Assembly: GCA_040289925.1 (NCBI GenBank)
Contig: PSMD01000009.1
Location: 368-64,367 of the forward strand
Length of the DNA: 64,000 nt
DNA from: Chitinophagaceae bacterium
GTDB taxonomy: Bacteria > Bacteroidota > Bacteroidia > Chitinophagales > Chitinophagaceae
Direction of reading: 5' to 3'
Shown here: one piece after another, positions 28,056-36,884 of the stretch
How positions within the stretch are numbered: position 1 is the first letter of the stretch
How the letters are laid out: each line of letters opens with the position of its first letter
Made by a program: the position numbers and the translations under genes
Notes under the pieces: generated by a model
What the model was told of the DNA's origin: nothing
Database searches by the model: none
The model's input: only the letters and a program-made list of their open reading frames with translations

Positions 28056-28415
28056 TCAAAGCAATCGCCGTCTCCTGTCTCTTGCCAACACTCTCTCAAG
28101 CACAGAAGAAACCACGGAAAGGATGAGGCTGAATAAAATGGCGGTAAGAAGACCATCTATGCGAATGCCGTGTACAAATTTGCTGGCAAGCAATACAACA
28201 ATTGCATTCACAATGAAGAGAAAAAGGCCGAGAGTTAAAATAGTAAACGGCAGTGTAAACAAAATAATGAGCGGCTTTATAAATAAGTTGAGAATTGCCA
28301 GCACAACAGCAAATACAATAGCTGTCCAAAAGCTATCAATATGCACACCGGGCAGCACATGTGCCAGCCCAAACGAAACAGCGGCAATCACCAATATGCG
28401 AAGCAGGAAACCCAT
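28056..28415 (-). CDS. DUF360 / phage-holin-4-like small membrane protein
   Basis: 119 aa with four hydrophobic helices. LRILVIAAVSFGLAHVLPGVHID is typical of this family. Confidence 0.7.
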   Translation of the reverse strand: MGFLLRILVIAAVSFGLAHVLPGVHIDSFWTAIVFAVVLAILNLFIKPLIILFTLPFTILTLGLFLFIVNAIVVLLASKFVHGIRIDGLLTAILFSLILSVVSSVLERVLARDRRRRLL

Positions 28416-28455
28416 GTTTGTTTTTTGTTGAACGAATCAATAATTATGCCACCGG

Positions 28456-29748
28456 CTAAACAACCACCAGTTCATAAAAATCCTGGGGCTGCAGATATTT
28501 TTGAGCCAGTTGCTGAATTTCCTTTGCGGTAATGCTGCGAATGGTATTGATGGAATTATAGAAATAATTTTCATCCAGGCCATTCAGAATAATATTCTTC
28601 CACCTCGATAAAATCTGGAATGGCCCGTCAAGATCACCCAGTATGCTTCCCATCATAAAATTTTTTACCAGAAACAACTCTTCGTCATCCACTAATTCAT
28701 TTCTCAGCTCTTCCATTTCTTTATATACCTCTTCAATGGTGGCTTCGCAAACTTCACAACCTGCTTCAGTGCTGATCATCCACGCAGAATGTTGCAAATG
28801 ATTTTGCAGGTAACTGTGAATGCCGTAGGTATAACCTTTGTCTTCACGAATGTTGCGCATGAGTCTTGATCCAAAAAATCCACCAAACAAAGTATTCAGC
28901 ACCTGCACGGGTAAAAAATCGGGGTGATGGCGGTTGAAAAAAGGCCGTGCAATTCTTACAGCACCCTGCACCCCATTTGGATCGTTTGTATGGCGATATT
29001 TTTTTTCACCTGCTGGTTTAATGGCCAGCTCAGAAACATTGACATTTTTGTTAGGCAAATCGCCAAAATGTTTGTTCAGGATGTGTTCCAGGTTGGCAGG
29101 CAGCCTACCGGCTACAAACATTACAAATTTGCCGTTCAGGTAATAATTTTTGTAGAAGTTAACCAGGTCTTCACGGGTTAGTGCAGCAAAATCTTCGGGG
29201 CGGCTGTATTTACCATAGGGATGTTGCTCTCCGTACAAATAAGCATCAATCAGCCGGCCGGCCACAAAGTCACATTTCATCAAATTAACCGCCAGCCTTT
29301 GCTGCATATTTTTTTTGTAGATCTCCAATTCTTCTTCAGGAAAAACTGAGTCAGTCAGCAATTCTCTTACAACCGGCAGCAACTCGTTTACATGCTTTGT
29401 TAAGCAATGCAGCGTTACTGTTGAAGTTTCATTAAACGCATTGCGATTTAGGTATGAACCGTAATATTCAAAATGCTCATTTATCTGGAAAGCTGTACGA
29501 CGTGATGTACCGTTTTTCAGCATAAGGTTGGTAGCTGCAGCTACCATATTTTTTTCTTCAAACCAGTTGCCGCCATAGTAAACCCATTCTGCCATCATCA
29601 CTTCTTCGGCGCCAGCATCAATGGCATACACTTCTACGCCATTGTTCAAAATGTATTTTGTATAAGGCTTCAGCTCAAGCTGCAGGTCAACTGCATCTAC
29701 AATCTTTGGTGCCTGTTTTCTGTTTAATGTTTGTATAGTCGTTGTCAC
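28456..29748 (-). CDS. M16-family peptidase, non-catalytic-type subunit
   Basis: 430 aa with insulinase fold and no HxxEH motif. GTG start 5 nt after the upstream M16 stop. Confidence 0.8.
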   Translation of the reverse strand: MTTTIQTLNRKQAPKIVDAVDLQLELKPYTKYILNNGVEVYAIDAGAEEVMMAEWVYYGGNWFEEKNMVAAATNLMLKNGTSRRTAFQINEHFEYYGSYLNRNAFNETSTVTLHCLTKHVNELLPVVRELLTDSVFPEEELEIYKKNMQQRLAVNLMKCDFVAGRLIDAYLYGEQHPYGKYSRPEDFAALTREDLVNFYKNYYLNGKFVMFVAGRLPANLEHILNKHFGDLPNKNVNVSELAIKPAGEKKYRHTNDPNGVQGAVRIARPFFNRHHPDFLPVQVLNTLFGGFFGSRLMRNIREDKGYTYGIHSYLQNHLQHSAWMISTEAGCEVCEATIEEVYKEMEELRNELVDDEELFLVKNFMMGSILGDLDGPFQILSRWKNIILNGLDENYFYNSINTIRSITAKEIQQLAQKYLQPQDFYELVVV

Positions 29749-29753
29749 TGTTC

Positions 29754-30992
29754 TTAGTTATTAGAAAAATAGTATAAGGTGCTGCAGTTCTCTTCCCTAA
29801 AAATATTGCGGCTCTCTTCTAAAATATCCTGCGGTGTTACCGCATTATATTTGGGCAGCTCTTCATTCATCAGCGCCGCATCACCCAGCAACTCATAATA
29901 GGCCAAACTGTTTGCACGGTTCATTACACTCATGTCTTCAAAAGCAATCAGGCTTTCTGTCTTGTTCTTCACTTTCTGCAATTCATTCTCACTCACCATA
30001 TCGCTTTTCATTTTTTCCAATTCTTCATTTACTGCTTTTTCGGCTTCTTCCATCTTTACTCCTTTCACCAGCTTGCCTTCTATCGTCAGTAACCCGTTTT
30101 CAATACTGCCTAAATGGTAACATTCAATATGACTGAAGAGTTTTTTTTCTTTTACCAATGCCTGGTGCAAACGTGATGAACCACCGCCGCTTAAAATATC
30201 TGTAATCAAATCGGTGATGTAATATCTCCTGTCAAGCCTTGAATAAATATGCCAGCATTTATACAATGCATCCAGCGGCACATTTGCTTTCACTTCCATT
30301 TTTTTTGCTTTTGCCTGTGTTGGCTCAACCGGTAAATTCCGGACGTATTTCTCCCCCGAAGGAATATCGCCAAACCACTTTTCAGCAAGCTGCTTTACTT
30401 TTTCTGTTGTCACATTTCCAGCCACCACCAAAATGGCATTCACCGGCCGATAGTGCTTAAAGAAAAATTTCTTTACATCTTCCAGCGCAGCATTTTCTAT
30501 ATGCGACAATTCTTTTCCAATCGTCATCCATCTGTACGGATGCACATCGTAAGCCAGTTCTCTCATTTTATGCCATACATCACCATAAGGTTTGTTTATG
30601 TAATGCTCTTTAAATTCTTCACAAACCACTTTACGCTGCACATCCAAACTTTTTTCACTGAAGGCTAAAGAATACATGCGGTCGCTTTCCAGCCAAAAAG
30701 CAGTTTCTAAATTTTCAGCAGGCAGTTGAATGTAATAGTTGGTCAAATCATTTGTGGTGTAGGCATTGTTCTCACCTCCGGCCATTTGCAGAGTCTCATC
30801 ATAATTTTCAATATTAACGGAGCCGCCAAACATCAGGTGTTCAAACAAATGTGCAAAGCCGGTTTTTTGCGGATCCTCATCCCTGGCTCCCACATCATAC
30901 ATCACATTTACCACAGCCATGGGCGTGGATGCATCCTGGTGAACAATTACACGAAGGCCATTGTCAAGAGTAAACCTGTCAAATTTTATCAT
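29754..30992 (-). CDS. M16-family (pitrilysin/insulinase) zinc peptidase
   Basis: Inverted zincin motif HLFEH in GFAHLFEHLMFGGS. Confidence 0.85.
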   Translation of the reverse strand: MIKFDRFTLDNGLRVIVHQDASTPMAVVNVMYDVGARDEDPQKTGFAHLFEHLMFGGSVNIENYDETLQMAGGENNAYTTNDLTNYYIQLPAENLETAFWLESDRMYSLAFSEKSLDVQRKVVCEEFKEHYINKPYGDVWHKMRELAYDVHPYRWMTIGKELSHIENAALEDVKKFFFKHYRPVNAILVVAGNVTTEKVKQLAEKWFGDIPSGEKYVRNLPVEPTQAKAKKMEVKANVPLDALYKCWHIYSRLDRRYYITDLITDILSGGGSSRLHQALVKEKKLFSHIECYHLGSIENGLLTIEGKLVKGVKMEEAEKAVNEELEKMKSDMVSENELQKVKNKTESLIAFEDMSVMNRANSLAYYELLGDAALMNEELPKYNAVTPQDILEESRNIFREENCSTLYYFSNN

Positions 30993-31065
30993 GGTACTTA
31001 AGTAACAATTTTAGCTCAAGAATAGTTTGTAAAAATATTGAAAAGCCTCAGCAACAAATCAACAA

Positions 31066-32256
31066 TTATAAAATGCTTTTGATGCGAAATTCATATTGCT
31101 TCAGCTCACCATCTCGGCGAATGATGATGGAAACTTTTTCATTGGCATTTTGAAGGGCTGCCTTTAGCTGGGTAAGATTTTGACTGAGTGTTTTATTAAT
31201 ACCCAGCACCACATCACCTTCTTTCAAACCCGCAGCTTCCGCCGGCGAGCCTTTGGCTACGTCGCCAATTATAATTTCACTATTTATATAATATAGCTCA
31301 ATGCCCGAATAAGAATAATCAAACGGTTCTGAAAAATGCGAGTTGGGCACCAGGTAAAAATCTCTTTTATCGTAATTAATAATACAGTTAAACCGCCTCA
31401 GCAAATCGTTGCCAAGGATGCCGGCCAAAAAAGGATAGGAGGTCACATTGTATTCATCCCTGAAAACATAAGTCGGCACATTCCTGAACCGGTAAGGCCC
31501 CAGCTTAAATTCTTTTATCACCGTCATTTGCATATCAATCTTTCCACCTAAACCCTGCGCTTCTTTAAAAAACAATTTTCTTTTTCTGTTGAGAAAAGAA
31601 CTGTCTTCCACAAAATCTTTCGATAAAATCAGGCAAAGCCCCGCACCAATATCATACAGAAACCTTGCATTTATGGTTTTTTTATCTTTTATCCTTGCCG
31701 GCTGCAAAGGCAGGGTTGAGATCAGCGGCTTCAGCAAAAAACCTCCACGTGGATACCGGATTGTGCCTTTGGAAAAAATTTCAATTTTAGAGCTATCATA
31801 ATCTATTTTAAAAATATAGCGGCTAAGTACAGAGTAGCCAATTATGCCGTCTATTCTTTCTCCATACACGGCGGTAAGAATAGAGTAATCGTTAATGCGA
31901 AAATTCAGGCTGTCAACCACCACTTTGTTCAGCTTCAATTTTAAATTATTTACAAAGCTTACGGTGCGTATGCCGGCAATACCACGAATGGTTTTATCAG
32001 TGGCCACAGGTTTCAACTTTAAATATTCTGCGGTGGTTGAGTCCAGTGAAATATCCCCGCTGCCGGTATCCAAAATAAAATTCAGTGTATCCGGGTAGCC
32101 AACAACTTGTCCCTGCAGCATAATAACGCCGCCGGTAAGCTGGGTAAAATAGAGTTTGGTCAAAAATTTTGAAGGGGGCTCAATAAATTCTTCCTGGGCC
32201 TTTAATACACAAAGCAGGATAATACCCAGGAGCAATAAAACAATTTGCTTTAGCAT
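31066..32256 (-). CDS. Secreted retropepsin-like aspartyl protease with C-terminal PDZ domain
   Basis: Signal peptide MLKQIVLLLLGIILLCVLKAQ (start moved to ATG 32254-32256). LDTGSG aspartic motif. PDZ-like GSPAEAAGLKEGDVVLGIN. Confidence 0.7.
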   Translation of the reverse strand: MLKQIVLLLLGIILLCVLKAQEEFIEPPSKFLTKLYFTQLTGGVIMLQGQVVGYPDTLNFILDTGSGDISLDSTTAEYLKLKPVATDKTIRGIAGIRTVSFVNNLKLKLNKVVVDSLNFRINDYSILTAVYGERIDGIIGYSVLSRYIFKIDYDSSKIEIFSKGTIRYPRGGFLLKPLISTLPLQPARIKDKKTINARFLYDIGAGLCLILSKDFVEDSSFLNRKRKLFFKEAQGLGGKIDMQMTVIKEFKLGPYRFRNVPTYVFRDEYNVTSYPFLAGILGNDLLRRFNCIINYDKRDFYLVPNSHFSEPFDYSYSGIELYYINSEIIIGDVAKGSPAEAAGLKEGDVVLGINKTLSQNLTQLKAALQNANEKVSIIIRRDGELKQYEFRIKSIL

Positions 32257-32379
32257 GCTATTTAATGACAAGCTGCCGGTTGTAAAAGATGCAGCCACCC
32301 GAACCATTAAAGTAAATATAAAATACAAACAGCCGCCTGTAAAACCACTCAACACAATTTCAAAAGGGCTTTACCGGCG

Positions 32380-32387
32380 TACATTTG
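32380..32387 (+). promoter_or_regulatory. Bacteroidota -7 promoter box (TACATTTG)
   Basis: TAnnTTTG match 17 nt upstream of ATG 32404. Confidence 0.4.
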
Positions 32388-32403
32388 CACCAATAATTAA
32401 GAA

Positions 32404-33528
32404 ATGAATTTTTCTGAACTATACAGCAAGGCGCTGAACTTTGAGTTTTTGTCTGTTGAAGAAGGTGTTTACCTGTTTCATCATGCTCCGCTTACTGAGT
32501 TAATGTTCGTGGCCAATGAACTGAGAAAAAAACAAGTACCGCACGGAAAAGTTACCTGGCAAATTGATAGAAATGTAAACACCACCAATGTATGCATAGC
32601 CAATTGCAAGTTTTGCAATTTTTACCGCATACCCGGCCACCCCGAAGCATATATAACTAATATGCCCACTTACCGAAAAAAAATTGAAGAAACCATTCGT
32701 TATGGTGGAGATCAGCTGTTGTTGCAGGGCGGCCATCATCCTGAGCTTGGACTGCAATTTTATGCAGATACTTTTAAAGCCATCAAAAAAGAATTTCCTA
32801 CTATCAAGCTGCATGCACTCGGCCCGCCGGAAGTTGCACATATCACCAAGCTTGAAAAATCGACACACCGTGAAGTGTTGATGGCATTAAAAGAAGCAGG
32901 ACTTGATAGCTTACCCGGTGCTGGTGCGGAAATTTTAATTGACCGTGTGCGAAGGTTGATCAGCAAAGGGAAATGTGGTGCGCAGGAATGGCTGGATATT
33001 ATGCACGAGGCACACAAGCTCAACATTACTACGTCAGCAACAATGATGTTTGGTCATGTAGAAACCATTGAAGAGCGTTTTATTCATTTGCAAAAAATTC
33101 GTGAAGTGCAAAGCCGCAAGCCTGTTGATGCAAAAGGTTTTCTTGCATTTATTCCCTGGACCTTTCAGGATGTAGATACACTGCTGGCAAAAATTCGCGG
33201 CGTACATAATCTGGTAACGGCAGAAGAATACATTCGCATGATTGCCCTCAGCCGCATTATGCTGCCTAACATCACAAACATACAGGCAAGCTGGTTAACG
33301 GTGGGCAAGCAAATTGCACAGCTTTGTTTACATGCAGGTGCAAATGATTTTGGCTCTATCATGATTGAAGAAAATGTAGTGAGTGCCGCCGGTGCGCCGC
33401 ATAGGTTTACCTATAAAACAATCCAGGATGCCATTCGCGAAGCCGGTTTTGAACCTCAACTGCGCAACCAGCAATATGAGTGGAGAGAAATTCCTCAGCA
33501 AATTGAAGAGCAGGTGGTGAATTACTAA
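32404..33528 (+). CDS. Radical SAM enzyme of the MqnC/MqnE/CofH family (futalosine-route menaquinone biosynthesis type)
   Basis: CxxxCxxC cluster motif CIANCKFCNFYR, 374 aa, TIM-barrel-like layout. I cannot separate MqnC from MqnE by eye. Confidence 0.7.
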   Translation: MNFSELYSKALNFEFLSVEEGVYLFHHAPLTELMFVANELRKKQVPHGKVTWQIDRNVNTTNVCIANCKFCNFYRIPGHPEAYITNMPTYRKKIEETIRYGGDQLLLQGGHHPELGLQFYADTFKAIKKEFPTIKLHALGPPEVAHITKLEKSTHREVLMALKEAGLDSLPGAGAEILIDRVRRLISKGKCGAQEWLDIMHEAHKLNITTSATMMFGHVETIEERFIHLQKIREVQSRKPVDAKGFLAFIPWTFQDVDTLLAKIRGVHNLVTAEEYIRMIALSRIMLPNITNIQASWLTVGKQIAQLCLHAGANDFGSIMIEENVVSAAGAPHRFTYKTIQDAIREAGFEPQLRNQQYEWREIPQQIEEQVVNY

Positions 33529-33636
33529 AACCATTTATCAAAAAGCTTTCCAGTTGCCGCATTTTTAATTCGCCGTGTTGGGGAAACTTAGTAGCTTTTC
33601 TATCCTTTCCAATTCATAACTCCAAAAACTGTTTTT

Positions 33637-34014
33637 ATGGAAACACAAGAAGCTGTAATGACAACGCAGAAAATTGCTGACCGCCTGAGCCGGTTGTTTA
33701 AAGAAAACAAATGGATGGAAGCACAAACAGAGTTGTTTAGCGACGATGCTGAAAGCATTGAGCCGGCACATTCGATGGGCTTAAAAACCGTAAAAGGATT
33801 GGACAACATTCAAAAAAAGGGCGAAGAGTTTCAACAAATGGTTGAAGAGGTGCACGGTGGCTGGGTTTCAGAACCTGTTGTTGCCGGAAATTACATTGCC
33901 TTTGCCATGGGAATGGAAGCTACCATGAAAGGCGCCAGCCGTGTTAAGATGGATGAAATTGCTTTGTATGAAGTAAGAAATGGTAAAATCATAAAAGAAG
34001 AATTCTTTTACTGA
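33637..34014 (+). CDS. SnoaL/NTF2-like small protein
   Basis: 125 aa with an alpha+beta cone-like pattern, ending ...YEVRNGKIIKEEFFY. Followed by a strong terminator. Confidence 0.5.
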   Translation: METQEAVMTTQKIADRLSRLFKENKWMEAQTELFSDDAESIEPAHSMGLKTVKGLDNIQKKGEEFQQMVEEVHGGWVSEPVVAGNYIAFAMGMEATMKGASRVKMDEIALYEVRNGKIIKEEFFY

Positions 34015-34034
34015 GAAAAATTTTCGGGTTAGTA

Positions 34035-34061
34035 AGTCCTGCTGCTGGCAGGACTTTTTTT
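34035..34061 (+). terminator. Rho-independent terminator
   Basis: Stem AGTCCTGC/GCAGGACT (34035-34042 / 34048-34055) followed by a T7 run. Confidence 0.7.
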
Positions 34062-34102
34062 ATGCATTGACCTGGGTTCTTCATCTTTACAAAAAATTGC
34101 TG

Positions 34103-35224
34103 ATGAAAATTGCTGTACTTGGCGCCGGCATGGTGGGCCGTACAATGGCTATTGACCTGGCTGCAAAATTTGATGTTACTTCTTTTGATGTAAGTGAAAA
34201 AAATCTGGCCTTATTAAAAAATAAAAATGCTGCAATCAACACGGTGCAGGCAAACCTGAAAGAATATTCCCAGTATAATAACTGGCTGGCAGATTTTGAT
34301 ATTGTAGTAAGTGCTGTTCCCGGCTTCATGGGATTTGACACATTGAAAGCTGTAATCAACGCCGGGAAAAATTGCTGCGACATTTCTTTCTTTGCCGAAA
34401 ATGCACTTGAGCTGGATGCTCTTGCCAAAGAAAAAAAAGTACCTGTTATTACTGATATTGGTGTGGCACCAGGCATGAGCAATTTGATTCTCGGTCGCTA
34501 CAATGAAGAGATGACCGTAAAAAATTTTGAATGCTATGTAGGCGGCCTGCCAAAAATGCGGAACAAACCATTTGAGTACAAAGCACCATTTTCTCCGGTG
34601 GATGTAATTGAAGAATACACAAGGCCGGCAAGGCTAAAAGAAAACGGTTATGTTGTGACCAAAGCCGCACTTACCGAAAGAGAATGGATGGATTTTGATG
34701 AAATAGGAACGCTGGAAGCATTTAATACCGATGGCTTGCGCAGCCTGCTGTTCACCATGCCGCACATACCGAACCTGAAAGAAAAAACGCTGCGCTACCC
34801 TGGGCATGTTGAGCTGATCTTTGCACTGAAGCAGGCGGGTTTTTTTGATGAACAGGAAATAGAAATAAACGGCGTAAAAATTTCTCCGCTGCAGTTCTCA
34901 TCAAAAATATTATTTAATAACTGGCGGCTGGGTGAAGAAGAACAAGAGTTGACAGTTATGAAAGTAATTGTAGAAGGAGAGAAGAACGGTAAGCCTGTAA
35001 AAATTGAATACAATATGCTTGACCGGTACGATCCTGTTTCCAAAACTTCTTCCATGAGCCGCACAACCGGTTACACCTGCACAGCTGCTGTGCATTTAAT
35101 CGCTGAAAATTTATTTACAGAAGAAGGAGTATTTCCACCAGAACTGGTAGGTAAGCACAAAGATTGTTTTGATTTTATTCTTACCTATTTAAAGCAAAGA
35201 GGGGTGAATTGGGTGAAGAGCTAA
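34103..35224 (+). CDS. Saccharopine dehydrogenase family oxidoreductase
   Basis: MKIAVLGAGMVGRT Rossmann start (start moved to ATG 34103) and a C-terminal Sacchrp_dh-like region. Confidence 0.8.
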   Translation: MKIAVLGAGMVGRTMAIDLAAKFDVTSFDVSEKNLALLKNKNAAINTVQANLKEYSQYNNWLADFDIVVSAVPGFMGFDTLKAVINAGKNCCDISFFAENALELDALAKEKKVPVITDIGVAPGMSNLILGRYNEEMTVKNFECYVGGLPKMRNKPFEYKAPFSPVDVIEEYTRPARLKENGYVVTKAALTEREWMDFDEIGTLEAFNTDGLRSLLFTMPHIPNLKEKTLRYPGHVELIFALKQAGFFDEQEIEINGVKISPLQFSSKILFNNWRLGEEEQELTVMKVIVEGEKNGKPVKIEYNMLDRYDPVSKTSSMSRTTGYTCTAAVHLIAENLFTEEGVFPPELVGKHKDCFDFILTYLKQRGVNWVKS

Positions 35225-35698
35225 TCAGTCACCTTCAGGAAACGTTCCGAAAAATACCTTGAAGGTATTGCCGCGATAGTGGCGGGCAAATTCTTCCGAC
35301 GTTTGAGAAAACACCTGGTCCCGTGTATTTGAATAGTGGTAAATCGTATTGCCAAAGCAAATCCCCACATGTTTCTACGGTATGTTCACCATTCGCTTTG
35401 TTACCAGATTAACAGTCGGTGCTTTTGTAATAAAAGCAAGGCAATCGCCTGATGGTTTGTCCTTCCACTCGCCAACCTGCGGGCAATGCGCAGATAACTC
35501 ATGCACACGTATCGTTGCACCATCGCCAGCACTCTGCCCCGAATGCATTTTACAGGTATAGCCAAAGTGATAACCCATTACATGGCTTACAAAATGTGCA
35601 CAGTGGTTATCTTCATCATGCACATAACTATTGCCGCAAATGCTGCTGATGTTTAAGTGAAGTAATCCATGAAATAATTCAAGGCTTAGCTGCGCCAT
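35225..35698 (-). pseudogene. NlpC/P60-superfamily (papain-like) cysteine peptidase/amidase-like protein with an in-frame amber codon
   Basis: Candidate Cys motif NHCAHFVSHV. In-frame TAG at 35375-35377, two codons before KHVGICFGNTIYHYSN, which resembles the NlpC/P60 HVGIY..G....H block. The same frame runs to TGA 35225-35227. No signal peptide. Confidence 0.55.
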
Positions 35699-35781
35699 AA
35701 AATTTATTTAAGAGTAAAAGGGAGAGATTAAGTCGTTAGCAAAAGGAGGAAATTTAAGTTACGAAAATTGGTGCAGCTTTT

Positions 35782-36807
35782 TTACCGTTTCGTATTTTTT
35801 ATGCTGATGATTTGGGCTGCAATGCTTACGGCTATTTCTTCAGGGGTTTCGCTTTTTATTTGCAGGCCAATGGGCGCATAAATACTGTTGAGCCAGTTTT
35901 CATTTATTCCCTCTGCCCGGTAGCCAGCAAACATTTTTTCAATTTTGGAGAGACTACCCAGCAGGCCCAGGTAAGCAAATTTTTTTTCGGCCAATGCCTG
36001 CAGTGCAATATCATCTGTGCGGTAACCAAAGGTCATAATCACCACGTAATTATTTTCGCCTTCAGCAATCAGTTCCTGCAGCTGCTCATAATTTTCTAGC
36101 AAATGCTTTTCATGGGCCGACGAATTTTCCTGCATAGTTTTTAAATTTTTTCTTTCATCATACACTCTTATGTAAAAATCCATCTGCGCCATCAGGTTGG
36201 AGAGGGCAAGAGCACAATGACCGCCACCAATAATGCAGAGCTGGTTTTTATACCCCGTTTTTTCTTCAAACAGCCAGCTTTCTTCCGATTCAAATTGAAA
36301 ATGAAAGTTTGTTTGAGGTGGCTCATCATAAAATTTTATTCCTGACGGAGATAATTGCAGCTTCCCGTTTCTATTTTGCTCCAGTGAAGCTATCAACCTT
36401 TCAATTTCATCAAGCTCTTTTTCTTTCACTTCATAAATAAAAATAGTTTGCTCACCACTGCAGATCATGCCGCTCTGATCTTTTGCAGCCGATTTATCAT
36501 GCACCTGTTTTTTTATTTTACCGCTACTATTTCCATCTTCTTGTTGCATGTTCCTTGTATCTTGTTCCCTGTTCTCTGTGTTTCGTTTTTTATTCTGCAA
36601 TCTATCCTTTGCCATCTCTACAAATTTGTGTTCCATAATGCCTCCGCCTATGGAGCCTTCCATTTCTCCGTTAGCAGTTACGGTCATAAAAAATCCCTGC
36701 CGGCCCGGGCTGCTTCCTTTGCTCTCTAAAACATAAAGCAGCACAACAGGAATTTTCTGTTGCAAGCTGTCAGCAATCAGTTGCCATATTTTTATCTGCT
36801 TTTTCAA
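35782..36807 (-). CDS. xdhC: XdhC/CoxI-family molybdenum-cofactor insertion chaperone
   Basis: XdhC_CoxI N-domain (VLESKGSSPGRQG) and Rossmann-like C-domain (LCIIGGGHCALAL). TTG start. Contains a low-complexity insertion of roughly 45-50 aa rich in polar and charged residues. Confidence 0.8.
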   Translation of the reverse strand: MKKQIKIWQLIADSLQQKIPVVLLYVLESKGSSPGRQGFFMTVTANGEMEGSIGGGIMEHKFVEMAKDRLQNKKRNTENREQDTRNMQQEDGNSSGKIKKQVHDKSAAKDQSGMICSGEQTIFIYEVKEKELDEIERLIASLEQNRNGKLQLSPSGIKFYDEPPQTNFHFQFESEESWLFEEKTGYKNQLCIIGGGHCALALSNLMAQMDFYIRVYDERKNLKTMQENSSAHEKHLLENYEQLQELIAEGENNYVVIMTFGYRTDDIALQALAEKKFAYLGLLGSLSKIEKMFAGYRAEGINENWLNSIYAPIGLQIKSETPEEIAVSIAAQIISIKNTKR

Positions 36808-36884
36808 ATTATTTCTGTGTTCTTTATTGCAGTGAGTATTTTATTGCAGAAAGGAAGCGTTACCAATAATTTTTTTCAAAGATG

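Noticed and set aside
28056-28415. A 'phage holin' family protein as a sign of a prophage.
   Set aside because: There are no phage structural, integrase or lysis genes nearby. This family is widespread as a chromosomal membrane protein.
27991-28431. 146-aa plus-strand ORF overlapping the DUF360 gene.
   Set aside because: The minus-strand product matches a recognisable four-helix family. The plus-strand product is Arg/Ser/Thr-rich nonsense.
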